DNA of 64,000 nucleotides from Albugo candida (lineage: Eukaryota), in NCBI GenBank assembly GCA_040437565.1, contig JBDOQK010000042.1, positions 248,001-312,000 of the forward strand, given 5' to 3'. The notes under the pieces are model-generated. The model was not told the DNA's origin. It was given only the letters and a program-made list of their open reading frames with translations, and searched no databases. Shown in pieces: positions 27,073 through 38,855 of this stretch; within the stretch, counting starts at the first letter, position 1; every line of letters begins with the position of its first letter. The position numbers and the translations under genes were made by a program.

Positions 27073-27987
27073 ATGCTCACATCAATCCGTAACGAGTCAA
27101 TGTATACAGTCTATCATCAAAGCGCCGAGATGCAACTGGATGATGTTAAGAAACAATCGACGGAGCGACGACTACTCAAAATGAGTTGCGAGAAATTACC
27201 AAGCGCATTTGACTATCACGGTCATGCACGGATCCTTTGTGTGGGTGACACAGTGGTGTATCGTGTGTCTATCAATGTCGCTGTGAACACAGCCAGCACT
27301 ACGCAGCAAGATCAAGAATGGATTATGTGGCTGTTCTCCATTTCGCACGAGAGATATCACCAATTTGTCAAGAGCGTGGTGGATATCTTTATTCTTCCGA
27401 ATGTTGTGGAAATTCTTCATCAAAGTGTTGATGTTGATCAAGAACAAGCACCGTATATCGCATTCATCAGATCACTTTATGGTATTTTCCACCGTTATAA
27501 CATGTTAAATGATATATTTGCGGCTCAACATGATGTGACGCAGATGGATCACGGACGCTGCTATTTGGAGTCATTTTTAGCCAAATTATGGGAGACACTT
27601 GAAATTATTCTACCAGCGATCACTGTCGCTACCCATCTACCATTTGCAGGCATTGAAGAGGTTTACACTTTGTACAATATTGTATGTGACTTTTTGATGG
27701 TGCCGCAAGATAAGATTATGGAGACAAGTTGTGTATACACGAATGCAATATTATGTCTGGAAGATGTCGAAGTATTATTGCCCAAGTACGTAAAACAACA
27801 TTGCAGTATCTGTTTGGATGGGTTATTAACAATTGAGTCCTCTCAAAATGGAACAACGCCAAAAAAGAACTCGGAAGCCGTCAAACTTCCATGTGGTCAC
27901 ATTTTTCACGAAGACTGCATCATTCACTGGCTTGGCCAGCGTCCAACTTGTCCAGAATGTCGGGCTCCTGTGGGTATGTGGGTCTAA
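27073..27987 (+). CDS. RING-H2 zinc-finger protein (putative E3 ubiquitin ligase)
   Basis: C-terminal CSICLD...[27 protein letters not shown] in a 304-aa intact ORF. Confidence 0.9.
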   Translation: MLTSIRNESMYTVYHQSAEMQLDDVKKQSTERRLLKMSCEKLPSAFDYHGHARILCVGDTVVYRVSINVAVNTASTTQQDQEWIMWLFSISHERYHQFVKSVVDIFILPNVVEILHQSVDVDQEQAPYIAFIRSLYGIFHRYNMLNDIFAAQHDVTQMDHGRCYLESFLAKLWETLEIILPAITVATHLPFAGIEEVYTLYNIVCDFLMVPQDKIMETSCVYTNAILCLEDVEVLLPKYVKQHCSICLDGLLTIESSQNGTTPKKNSEAVKLPCGHIFHEDCIIHWLGQRPTCPECRAPVGMWV

Positions 27988-28369
27988 GTGGAACTCGTCA
28001 TCCGTTCTCCATGTTCTGTAAATGTTATGTGTAGTGTCGATACTTTATTAAGTTTAACTACCGTACCTAGTTCGGTAGAATAGGTACGGAACAATACATG
28101 TCTTCACGTTTGCGTTCTGACTTTTACTATTTCACTCCATGAAATATAATTGTATGTCTTTTCTAATTTCCTGATTTGTACGTCGTGTAAGACGAGCCGA
28201 ACTTATAAGTCATACTGCCAATAGGAAGACATTTCGGCACTGTAGCGGCACGTCAACCGTCCCTCTTGCAGTCTAACTTCTTTACAGTGCATTCACGCCA
28301 AGGAAAGTGAAAAAGTCGGTGTTTTTTTTCATTTATTTGTGTTATTTGTACGTTGTTGTTGTTAATTGG

Positions 28370-31300
28370 ATGGCCGTACTAGAGGTTCCACTGAGTGATA
28401 ATGTATTTCCTCCAGTCACACTCACCGATGCGCAGCTCGCAACGTATGAGAAACAAAGTCGCGATAAAGTCAATCAATTGATTCGAATCGCAGAAGACGC
28501 GGATTGCGTATATAAATGGGCAGAAATCATATCCAAATCTGGAAACTCATGCTTCAAAGCCCGCGTAGTGACATCAGCACCAGTCCCTTCTGAATCCTTA
28601 CCATCACCTCCACTTGCACCACCAAAGATTCATGCAACTGATATACTTTTATCGAATCGCGGGGATAGTAGCTGTATGCAAGCACCCACAAAATCTCAAA
28701 TTCTCTTGAAATCGAGTGTGCTGCTTCGTGCTTCCTCTGACGATGTGATGGATGCAATAGCTCGTATCTCCACCACGACTATGCGTAAATCATCTCAGTT
28801 TTTATATCCTTCGACATTTATTGACAGTCGCACGCTATTTCATTTACCTCCAATCGATTCGAAGGAACTTAGCTCTCGAACTGAATTCAGTCTGTCGTGG
28901 GGTCCACCAAGTGGGAAAGGGCGACGTCCACGAAGTAAGAGAGAGAGGTCAACGCACACTTCTTCCACAAACTACAGTTTCGAACGTTATCACGCAATCA
29001 AATGGCAATTATTTGGTCAGCACCGTATCTATAAACGACGAAATCTCGCATCCATCAAGCACATCAAACTTTCTAATCAGCAATGTCGTACGATCGGGAA
29101 AACATCCGCGGTCACCATCACTCCACATCAAACCACCAACTCCCATGCTTTGCACATTGAAACACCATGTCCATCGAACCTGGGGACGAACCAGTTTATG
29201 TATTTGCGCCGCTCTCTTCTCACACCACGAGACCATCTGCGACAGGGTAATTTGGCTGCACCACTTCCTGCGAAGAGAATGATGATGCCCTTTCGTACCG
29301 TCCTCCCTGATACAGCGGTCGATTTCTGTGTTTTAGAACACGCAGGAAACTATACGGAGTTCTGCTCCGAACTGGATACTGGGACAAGGCGAAACCAACA
29401 CTCCTCCAATGTTCTGGCTTTTTTCCTTCAATATTCGATCGATCTCACTCCACAGATTTCTTCTTTGGAAGCATTTGGAATTGCGCGAGGAAACGTTTCG
29501 CTGTTCGGAATCGTTGTCGCGAAAACATCGCGTCAAAATGTTGTTTCTGTCACGGCGATCTGTCAATTAGACACCGACGCAAATGCGTCGCCAATGATCA
29601 TGAAACAAGTGGAACAAATCATGATTGAGAATGTTGGTCATATCACACGACTGGAACGGCTTTTGGAAAGGCAACGAATGAGTCGATTGGAATTTGTTGA
29701 ACAATGGCAATGGATTCCTAACGCGGATCGAAAAGTCTGTGCGGTGTGTTTACGAAACTTTTTTCTGCATCGAAAGCATCACTGTCGAGCTTGTGGGGAA
29801 GTTGTATGCTCCTTTTGTGCACCGCTCCGAGAATTAGAGCATCCGATTGCGGATATAACTTCAATTCGAGTGTGCTCATTATGCCTTTCGGGATTGAATA
29901 AAACAGCTCATCGCTCCTCCTCGAGTGCGAAAAGTTTGCGCGGTCATGGGCGAAATACCGACATTATCAATGTGAGAACATCAAGTCGAAAAATGCGAGA
30001 TGGGGGCCAACACGCTGATGCTGATCGTTGTGGAGAAAAAACAAAAAGCAATGAAAGTGCTGCCAAGACTGAAAATGAGAAAAGTCAAGATTATAATGAC
30101 CTTTGTCTTTCATCGTCTGGAGATTCGAAAAATATGATGACCATTCAGTGGGGAATAGAGCAGAAAAGAAGAGGAACACATATCAATTCCAAATCAATCA
30201 AAGAATGTACATCGCCAAGGCTTGGTGCACCTGTGATCGTGGAAACCCTCCGTGAGGAACGTGACAACTTGTTTGATGACAAATTCTCTTGTTTCTTACC
30301 TCCGAAACTGATTGATGAGAAAGCTTTGAATAATGTTGCAAGTCAAATTGACCAAGTACGAAAAGCTATGCATCAGACGATACTGAATCAAGACGGTGAT
30401 GCAGATTCCGAAACAGCCGGTGATTCGTCCTCCGTCTTTGCCGATCACCAAATTGTGAAAGAATGCCAGGAACGAAGTAAGCATTTAATGGACACACTTG
30501 GCAGTGTGTTTTACAAGCAAGAAGAACTGGATGGCTCCGATTCAGAAATTATGTCGAATTTGGAGGATTCGAGCAGCGACCACGAACGAAGTAAACATGT
30601 TTTGTCCGCAAAGTCGCAAAATAAAACAAGAGTTCGGAGAAAACGTAAACTTGGTCATCCCAAATCAAGTCTTGATGGCAAAGAAGCTAATTTGGCCGTG
30701 GATTCTCCATCTTTTGGGGTCGTGGAGGTAAACAGCCAAATAAATGCAAGTCACAAACTCCTCACACACAATAATGGCAGTCAAGATACACCAACAAATA
30801 CAGCGACAACTATTTGTGCGCAACAACTTTATGACAAACGTATGATCGCAAAGATACAAACAGAGTTATCGGAAGTTTGCTTGCAAAATGACACAACGTG
30901 CGGGTGCTCGAGAACCTTGGATGATTACCATCGTCCTCCTCATCTGGAGAGAAAAACGGCCCTCAACTCGCATGACATTGAGAAGCTCGAAGAAAAGATT
31001 GTTGGATTGCAACGGAGTCTACTACTCGCTCATGAACGTCTCAAACAAATTGACGTTGATATGGAAGTAGATAACGAAAAGAAAGATCTGCAACATCGAC
31101 CTCATCATCCACCGAATCAAAAGTCCGCTTCAAGACAGTGTCATGACATTACCTCGGGATATCAATCAGGATATACATCTGGTTATAGCTCTGAGCACAC
31201 TTCCGACCGAAGCTCTCTCAATGACTCGCAAACCGGCTCCAGTCTTGGAATGCGTGAATATTTTATGGCTATCGATGAAGACGGTAACGTTGATGGTGAG

Positions 31301-32968
31301 TTTATATTCGAGGAGCAACAACGTCAACGTCAGCAGAATTTACGACAGCATTCTTTGTCACGGCACAAAATGAAGCGAGTTATCGCACCGCACGCTCATT
31401 GTCGCCGAAAGTTACCAGTTACTAAGGAAATGGTGTCTGAAATCTTTGATGTCGTGGATTCTTCTGAGCGTTCAATCTCAACACAGGAGAACTTTGGCGC
31501 AGACATACAGAATGGAATGTCGGGATTCATCTCCTGCGAGGGCGTTTGTTGCACTGAAGACTTTACTACAGAAAAAGTCGATAGCACTTACAGTGTGGAT
31601 ACACCCACGAGTGCCAAACGATCGAGTAACGTCGAGTACAACTTTGAAGAAGATACTGCTCCAGTTCGAGAATGTAGGTCACAACGAAAACAATCCGTCT
31701 TTGGCTGGCGTGTCCTCGATCCAAGTACAGTGGATTTGCGTAATACCATCGATTTTACGAAAAGCTCAGACGGCAACATATCATTCGATGGCCACAATCC
31801 AGTCAATCAAAAATGCGATTCAGTTGCCGTAAACGATGACTCTGTGCGGCAAGCTTCAAGCTTAGCCGGACGTGTAGTTGTTCAAGGTGGTGCTCGATGT
31901 GACTCCCATTGTGATGAGCCTGGTGTGTTTTATGGCCAAAGCAGCACCATTCGTGAAAGGAAGTCGCAACATTCGCAACCCGAAACTCTCGAAGAAGAAT
32001 GCTGTCAAGATACACGTTCACAACCTCACCACAGCGCGCACGTCTCCTATCGTTATAGAGCAGATATGCGTAACCCATTGAGAACTTCCGTCAGGCACCA
32101 TACGAGACATCGCTCTTGGACAGTAGAGCCTAGCAACTCTCAACGTATTGGAAGCGGTATGGCTGAATCTTATTCTCATCGTGCTTCTCGTATCGGCACT
32201 CATTTACCAGACGAATTGCGCAATGTCGCAGAAGAGAATCACTTGTATTGTTATTCTGAAGCAGAGCATGATCATGGAAGCGCTCCTTTTGATACCCAGT
32301 CATCTCTACATTATTATTCAGATCAGGATGCAATCAGTGGAAATCGACCAGCATTCCGGTCTGTTCGTTCTCGAGGAGCTCATCCCTTCCCGCCTCGCTA
32401 TCGTCATCCTTATCACGCTTCACCAGAGAACGACAGAAACTCAATGGCGTCATCGAGCGCGAGAAGTAGTCATTCCTCATGCTGGGTCAATAATGGTCAT
32501 CACGAGACACGTGGCTCTATGCACAATAGAGTAACGACAGGTAGCACGGATGAGTACGATACTGCGGTAGCTCAGCGATCGAGTACTTCGCGACTCGAGT
32601 CGATGCAATCATGCGCACAAGATGCTGAAGAACATGCTTTGATTTGTGAGCTTGGTGACCACTTATCTTCTCTACGCACCGAATGTGAGGATTCAATACA
32701 ACGCTGCCGAAAATTACAATCGATACGTAAGATCCTGCATCGAATTCTATTAGAAGGCGAAACATGCTCTTTTATGCGATTAAAGCATGAAATGATTCGA
32801 TACCCCGACATTTTGACGGAAACACCAAGCATTATTCGTATATTCCAATTATCTGGTTTTCGCATCGAGTCAAAAGAATTTGTCATGAAGTTTATTGATC
32901 GACTCCGAACGGCTACCATTGTGGCTGAACTGGATCGAGAAATACAAGCCAATATCATAGAGATATGA
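28370..32968 (+). CDS. Large FYVE zinc-finger protein with N-terminal START-like region and possible C-terminal PUB-like domain
   Basis: FYVE: WIPNADRKVCAVC...RKHHCRACGEVVCSFC...IRVCSLC. Upstream DFCVLE...QYSI...GIARG region is typical of oomycete START-like/FYVE proteins. First in-frame ATG at 28370. Confidence 0.85.
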   Translation: MAVLEVPLSDNVFPPVTLTDAQLATYEKQSRDKVNQLIRIAEDADCVYKWAEIISKSGNSCFKARVVTSAPVPSESLPSPPLAPPKIHATDILLSNRGDSSCMQAPTKSQILLKSSVLLRASSDDVMDAIARISTTTMRKSSQFLYPSTFIDSRTLFHLPPIDSKELSSRTEFSLSWGPPSGKGRRPRSKRERSTHTSSTNYSFERYHAIKWQLFGQHRIYKRRNLASIKHIKLSNQQCRTIGKTSAVTITPHQTTNSHALHIETPCPSNLGTNQFMYLRRSLLTPRDHLRQGNLAAPLPAKRMMMPFRTVLPDTAVDFCVLEHAGNYTEFCSELDTGTRRNQHSSNVLAFFLQYSIDLTPQISSLEAFGIARGNVSLFGIVVAKTSRQNVVSVTAICQLDTDANASPMIMKQVEQIMIENVGHITRLERLLERQRMSRLEFVEQWQWIPNADRKVCAVCLRNFFLHRKHHCRACGEVVCSFCAPLRELEHPIADITSIRVCSLCLSGLNKTAHRSSSSAKSLRGHGRNTDIINVRTSSRKMRDGGQHADADRCGEKTKSNESAAKTENEKSQDYNDLCLSSSGDSKNMMTIQWGIEQKRRGTHINSKSIKECTSPRLGAPVIVETLREERDNLFDDKFSCFLPPKLIDEKALNNVASQIDQVRKAMHQTILNQDGDADSETAGDSSSVFADHQIVKECQERSKHLMDTLGSVFYKQEELDGSDSEIMSNLEDSSSDHERSKHVLSAKSQNKTRVRRKRKLGHPKSSLDGKEANLAVDSPSFGVVEVNSQINASHKLLTHNNGSQDTPTNTATTICAQQLYDKRMIAKIQTELSEVCLQNDTTCGCSRTLDDYHRPPHLERKTALNSHDIEKLEEKIVGLQRSLLLAHERLKQIDVDMEVDNEKKDLQHRPHHPPNQKSASRQCHDITSGYQSGYTSGYSSEHTSDRSSLNDSQTGSSLGMREYFMAIDEDGNVDGEFIFEEQQRQRQQNLRQHSLSRHKMKRVIAPHAHCRRKLPVTKEMVSEIFDVVDSSERSISTQENFGADIQNGMSGFISCEGVCCTEDFTTEKVDSTYSVDTPTSAKRSSNVEYNFEEDTAPVRECRSQRKQSVFGWRVLDPSTVDLRNTIDFTKSSDGNISFDGHNPVNQKCDSVAVNDDSVRQASSLAGRVVVQGGARCDSHCDEPGVFYGQSSTIRERKSQHSQPETLEEECCQDTRSQPHHSAHVSYRYRADMRNPLRTSVRHHTRHRSWTVEPSNSQRIGSGMAESYSHRASRIGTHLPDELRNVAEENHLYCYSEAEHDHGSAPFDTQSSLHYYSDQDAISGNRPAFRSVRSRGAHPFPPRYRHPYHASPENDRNSMASSSARSSHSSCWVNNGHHETRGSMHNRVTTGSTDEYDTAVAQRSSTSRLESMQSCAQDAEEHALICELGDHLSSLRTECEDSIQRCRKLQSIRKILHRILLEGETCSFMRLKHEMIRYPDILTETPSIIRIFQLSGFRIESKEFVMKFIDRLRTATIVAELDREIQANIIEI

Positions 32969-33047
32969 TGTCTCATTGATTCCAACTTTATATTCCAACT
33001 GGTACATTCAGTCGATGCAATCAAAATACTGGAACCCGATTTGCAAA

Positions 33048-35963
33048 TTAGACGCGTTTCTGATGATTTGGCGTTACGACAATCAGACGTACGGCAACGA
33101 AAAACAAAAGTGGAAAGAACACAATTTGAGCGTTCACAATTCCAAAATGAGAGATCGAGTTGCCAATTTCCTTCCAACTTCCTTCATTTCGCACCAAAAA
33201 CAAAAAATGCAACGCCAATACATCAGAAAACAACACAACCAAAATGAAGTAATTCCACGCAGATGCGATAGTACGCGATGTGTCAACAGACACTTTCAGA
33301 GTCGAGTTCTGACGCGCTGACTTGTTTGTTGCCACAATCACATACAATGCGCATATAACAACGACAAACGGAATCAGAATTTTGAAAATTAGCAATGCTC
33401 CCATCAAAAATGGCGCAAAAATTGTCACAAATCGATACGTTGACGAAATCTCAAAACTGCTCATACTCGCAACATTCCCAGTGCCAAAAAAAGCGATTTT
33501 GACCAAAAGAAGGAAAATAAATGCCCGTCGACACTCAATTTTTTGGCTAATTGGCTCTCCATGTCGCTGGCATCTCATACTCTTTTCTTCCATTTCGATC
33601 CAAGCGATGCAAATCAAGCACAATGCGATGTAAAATATAACTTCGTATGATATGCTTAATAGAATATACGCCGGCGCAAAAGCCCCTGCAATTTGGAACC
33701 ATTGATACGTCAACGACGCCGTCTTCTCATAACGCGCTCTGAAGAAAGCGAAAGCGATAGGACCGAAGCAAATAATCCAATTCGAAATTGTCAGCGCGGA
33801 ATTTGGTTTGCTTTTTGCGTGAAGATACATCATCGTCCACTGCAGCGTAAGAAGTGATACTGAAATCCAAAGCACATTCATCGAATCGAATTCATAAAAG
33901 CGTTTGGCCATTTGGAGGAAAATAATGAAAAGAACACCACCCAAATGAACTAAAATGAGAGAATCTCCGTATTCTGATGGCAAAAATGGAAAGATCATAA
34001 TGAGTGTACATGCTACACGCCAACTTTTTGACCAGAAAGTATACGCTTTGTCGTTCTCATGCTGGAAATATGGCGGGCGTATAGCCAACAATGCGAATAC
34101 GACACCAAATACAGCTCTGTGATGATATCCGATTACGATCATTTCCAAACAACCAAAAATGGCCGCAAGCATCAATATCGATGATCGTGTAATGTACTTA
34201 CAATACGCCTTGATGACATCCAAATGGAGAGATACAAGTTTCCACACATATCTCCAGAAAAGTATCGGGAAGCTCACATACAAATAGTATGTGAATGGCG
34301 AGTGCTCCAACGCGAGATAGAACGATGTCGATAATAACGCAATCACCAACAAAAGATCGATCCCTTTACGATTCGATTTTGAATCGATACTGTGTACGAT
34401 CTGCAAGACACCAAAGGAAGTTGCGATATTCTCATCACGAGCGATAAGGAATGCCAACAATAAGATCGTCATCCATCCAAGGTATCCCAATACAATTGTA
34501 GCAAGAAGGAACACCCAGTCATATCGCTGCAGATACGTCAACGCATCCAGGCAAACACCAATTAATTCTTGCGACATTTCTTCAACTTTATCATACTCAT
34601 TTTCATCCCATAATTGTCGCACTTGATCCAAAGCTTTTGGAAATACCGATTGAAATTGCTGATGCGGTTTGAAGGCAAATAGCGTATGTGACTCCTTCTC
34701 GTGCTGTTTTTTAAGAACGTGCAAATACATTTGCTCCGCATTGGAGAGAACTGCTTTTGCCCGATATCGACCGCGTGAAAGATAAGCAAACGGTAAGACT
34801 CCAATCGAGTTTCGAGGGTATGGGATTCCCAGCAATGAACTCGCCAAAGCTGCGATGTCTGCCTGCATCACGTCTTTTCGAGCATATCCCTGTAAATCCC
34901 AATATAATCTCGCATCTTTCTCTTCTCTTTGCTGTGCGTCCAACTGCGCTTCAATCTGATGCTTGGATTGACTCGGAACATCCATCACAAAATTTGTATC
35001 ATCGGAATGCTCCACATGAGATGACTTCGCAATTCCTGCTCCCCATACAATCAAGGGGGTTCGCGTATTTGCTGGATCCCCATCTCCATGTGCTCCTTTA
35101 TTACTCATTCCATGATCAGCAGTAAAGACGTATGCTGTCTGAGCATCGTGTGCATAAAACTCGTCCATCAAATGAACCGTTTTTTCTACCAATCGATCGA
35201 CAATTGCGATATTCTCCAAGTAATCGCGTGATTGCGGACGATGTGCGTGTCCATTGGTATCGATTCCGAGATAATGACAGAAGAAAATCACCTGTGAGGA
35301 ATGCAGCTTTTCCATCAAACTCTCATCGTCGGTGGCATTCGTAAAAATCTCATTCAAATTCGTATACACCCATTCGTCCAACGCCGAGGCATTATTCGAT
35401 GCAAAATCTTCGGCTTCACTGCCGTATGTAAACGCATGTGTCGAAGAAATATGACGCGTAAACATTGGGACAATATCCGGACTTCCAAGCAGCCAGCTCT
35501 GTCGACTGTGATTGAATATGGAATCGAATTCTACTGGATTGTCTTGCCATCCTTTAGTGACAGCACTCACATCCTCATACATTCCCGCAAATAGAGCAAC
35601 GTGTCCTGGTCGAGATTCTGTCGGTACTCGCGTGTGTGACACGCCCCAACTTCCATTGAACTGAATGATATTCCGCAAAAACGGTATTCGAGTACCGTTG
35701 ATACCGTCTTCAACGTGATGTTCAAATACTTTATCCGCTCGACATCCATCCGCGACGAAAATAACAACTCGTTTTGCAGGTGCTTGCATTCCATTTGAAG
35801 CGATTCCGTCTGTGTAGTGAATCACTGGGATATCATGGACAACGGGCGACTTGAAGTAGATATCAAAGATACTAAGAACGTAGATGATGTGGAAAATGAC
35901 ACCTAGAATCAGTAAACTGCGTACTCCATCGACGATAATGGGAGCAGATTTGATGCGCTCCAT
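33048..35963 (-). CDS. PIGN: GPI ethanolamine phosphate transferase 1 (PIG-N/MCD4), 971 aa
   Basis: SIFDIYFKSP, PAKRVVIFVADGCRAD, SHTRVPTESRPGHVALFAGMYED, TADHGM, GAHGDG. Multi-TM C-terminus with FFGTGNVASMSSF and GSWKEIGNSISHF. Confidence 0.97.
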   Translation of the reverse strand: MERIKSAPIIVDGVRSLLILGVIFHIIYVLSIFDIYFKSPVVHDIPVIHYTDGIASNGMQAPAKRVVIFVADGCRADKVFEHHVEDGINGTRIPFLRNIIQFNGSWGVSHTRVPTESRPGHVALFAGMYEDVSAVTKGWQDNPVEFDSIFNHSRQSWLLGSPDIVPMFTRHISSTHAFTYGSEAEDFASNNASALDEWVYTNLNEIFTNATDDESLMEKLHSSQVIFFCHYLGIDTNGHAHRPQSRDYLENIAIVDRLVEKTVHLMDEFYAHDAQTAYVFTADHGMSNKGAHGDGDPANTRTPLIVWGAGIAKSSHVEHSDDTNFVMDVPSQSKHQIEAQLDAQQREEKDARLYWDLQGYARKDVMQADIAALASSLLGIPYPRNSIGVLPFAYLSRGRYRAKAVLSNAEQMYLHVLKKQHEKESHTLFAFKPHQQFQSVFPKALDQVRQLWDENEYDKVEEMSQELIGVCLDALTYLQRYDWVFLLATIVLGYLGWMTILLLAFLIARDENIATSFGVLQIVHSIDSKSNRKGIDLLLVIALLSTSFYLALEHSPFTYYLYVSFPILFWRYVWKLVSLHLDVIKAYCKYITRSSILMLAAIFGCLEMIVIGYHHRAVFGVVFALLAIRPPYFQHENDKAYTFWSKSWRVACTLIMIFPFLPSEYGDSLILVHLGGVLFIIFLQMAKRFYEFDSMNVLWISVSLLTLQWTMMYLHAKSKPNSALTISNWIICFGPIAFAFFRARYEKTASLTYQWFQIAGAFAPAYILLSISYEVIFYIALCLICIAWIEMEEKSMRCQRHGEPISQKIECRRAFIFLLLVKIAFFGTGNVASMSSFEISSTYRFVTIFAPFLMGALLIFKILIPFVVVICALYVIVATNKSARQNSTLKVSVDTSRTIASAWNYFILVVLFSDVLALHFLFLVRNEGSWKEIGNSISHFGIVNAQIVFFPLLFFVAVRLIVVTPNHQKRV

Positions 35964-36992
35964 GAAAAATGATAAAGTGATACTAATCGAGTGTGTACGG
36001 TACGTCCTGAATCCTTGTTAAGAGGGTGTTGAGATTGATATAAGGATAGGGATGTGCCTCGAGCGCTGCCTATTTAGTGTGCACGATAGGATGACTTGTA
36101 TTGAGGATAAGTGGACGTGAAGAATCAGTCAGTATTTCGGGTGCTTCCTTACAGTCAACCTATCCAAATTTCTCAGTATGGACACGTGCTTTTGATTTGT
36201 CGGCATCACATTTCAAAGGATACGGCAGCTGAGAATCTACACTTTTTGCTGACATACATCAGAAGCCTTCACAATTCTTTATACCTCCATCCATGTTGCG
36301 TCAACATTTCGTGTCTGGTTGATCATGCGATACTCAACAACAAAAGATCGACAACGATAAATTCTTCCGTAATTTTTGATATATCCACGTCATAGATTTC
36401 GACATTGAGTGCGAATACTGAATTCGACACCATCTTTTCCAGTGCAAAACGAGCATGCTGACGTCTTTGGACACGTTGACATCCTTAAAGTAAACTTTAG
36501 CGCTGGCAATCCAATCAACTAATATAGCACTCTGCTCGTTGTAAAGTCTCTGTTGACTTCGGAGCGCACATCGTTCAAGTTTGCCCCATTCGACGTACCG
36601 AAATTGTTTCTCTTTCAACTCGGAACGCATCAATCGTATCCGCATAGCCCACGTTAACTTTCAACTGACCCAAATCTTCGTAGCCAAACATCCCATCAAC
36701 TTACAATACGGAGATACTGAAAAAAACAGTCTTATTCGCTCACGATAATTTCCATATTGATGCTTTGTCAAAATTGGAATCCTACAAGCTGCCTTTGACA
36801 GTCCTTTATATGTGGAATTGCTCTCGTATCCAAAATGTTTACAAGTCAGGTAGCAATATGTTGCGAGTCGATTCTCAAATAAGGTTACTGGCTTCTCTGC
36901 CGCACGCACTGAGCACGTATCGAAAGTTTCGCATGATTTTGATTTCAAGACACTCAAAAGATTCGACACAGCACGTGCAGATCATATATTCT

Positions 36993-37856
36993 CAAGGTCC
37001 CGTAAACGGCTTTTCTCTGATAGTCGAGTCTGACCTTCATTGATGGTTAGCAAGATGCCACGATTTATTCGGATATATCGTGACAAGAAACCTTTCAGAA
37101 ATATACTAAAAACTACTTGAGGTCGCCATCTATTGTACAATTGCCATCTTTGTAAAGCTCAGACACAATTTCTCAAGGCCTCTGCAGTGCATCTGATTGT
37201 CGGATAGAACGTGGGATGTAATTCTAGAAGATATCATGATCAAAATGAAGTGTCTAGAGCCAGGGTCATGCCGCTGGGATTGTTGATACGAGCCCAGATA
37301 CGTGATGATGTGACCCTCACGGGATAACTACCAATGTACTCGCGTAGCAGATGAACTTTTCGCTTTTTTTATTANNNNNNNNNNNNNNNNNNNNNNNNNN
37401 NNNNNNNNNNNNNNNNNNNNNNNNNNNNNNNNNNNNNNNNNNNNNNNNNNNNNNNNNNNNNNNNNNNNNNNNNNTCAAGGTCCCGTAAACGGCTTTTCTC
37501 TGATAGTCGAGTCTGACCTTCATTGATGGTTAGCAAGATGCCACGATTTATTCGGATATATCGTGACAAGAAACCTTTCAGAAATATACTAAAAACTACT
37601 TGAGGTCGCCATCTATTGTACAATTGCCATCTTTGTAAAGCTCAGACACAATTTCTCAAGGCCTCTGCAGTGCATCTGATTGTCGGATAGAACGTGGGAT
37701 GTAATTCTAGAAGATATCATGATCAAAATGAAGTGTCTAGAGCCAGGGTCATGCCGCTGGGATTGTTGATACGAGCCCAGATACGTGATGATGTGACCCT
37801 CACGGGATAACTACCAATGTACTCGCGTAGCAGATGAACTTTTCGCTTTTTTTATT
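36993..37856. repeat. Gap-flanking direct duplication (36993-37374 and 37475-37856); probable assembly artefact
   Basis: The same approximately 380-nt sequence lies on both sides of the 100-N gap at 37375-37474. Confidence 0.9.
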
Positions 37857-38855
37857 AGCAGACTAAACGACTTTTACAGCCACTATAAATGACGGTCGCA
37901 GAATGCAGCACATTTACGCAAAAAGCGAGGATAGCTTTATCACACCCACTCCATCAAAACCCCCGCAGATTTGTTTTCAATCGAATGTAATTAGCATTCT
38001 CTGCAGATTGAGCATTTGAGTCGTCACCCGTTTTGGAATGCGGTTTTGAGATGTTAAGCATTTCTTGGTCTCAATTTCGATTGATTTATGCATTTGCGTG
38101 TTCTCTACTAAACACATCTCTCTAGAAACTCAAATTTTTTTATGCAGCTATTTCATTCAATACACAGATTGCGGTGCGCAGGTGTTTACTTGGCGATCTG
38201 TAGGTGTGTTTTGAGTCACGACAAAAGGCACAGAAAATGAAAGATTTAAGTATTATGTAGAATTTTGACAGCATAAGCAGACAACTGGTTTACGAAAAGC
38301 TCAAATCTGAGATTCAAAATCGTTGCTTGCATAAAAATGTGAAAGATAGATTGGTCATTGGCTTTGTTGAAGAAAACAAATGTCATATGCGAATAAAAAA
38401 GCCTCAAGCAACGAGAATCCTACCACTGCCATATAGGAGGCCTGACAATAGTTACTATGCAGTAAGTTTTGGTCCACAGTGTTTGTTTGAGCTTATTAGC
38501 TAACAGGAGAATTTGCTACCCTATTTGAGGCAGTAGCAGCATGCAGGGTATTCATCGATGTCAAGATGCCAAAGTTGATCAGTTCGGATTGTATCACTGT
38601 TGTTTACCAGCACGAAACTCAGATCGATACATTACGAGATGCACTTTGCTTTAGTAGCGCTATATGAAATGCCAAAGATCTACGTGTCAAACGGTAACTA
38701 TTTGCTCGATTTCATGATGCATTATCGACTTGGTGATTGATGGAGCCAACGAAAGAGATGACGTGGTAGCTATTACTCAGAACATATATTGTCACACAAT
38801 TATCTGTAAAATATATCAAATGACACAAAACACAATTATTGGCAATGCACAAAAA

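Noticed and set aside
28061-28089. Hairpin CCGTACCTA...TAGGTACGG as a terminator
   Set aside because: Eukaryotic Pol II context, no U-tract, and a single occurrence that is compatible with chance.
36334-36969. Minus-strand ORF fragments upstream of PIG-N
   Set aside because: No recognisable domain, non-ATG start for one fragment and no clear splice junctions.
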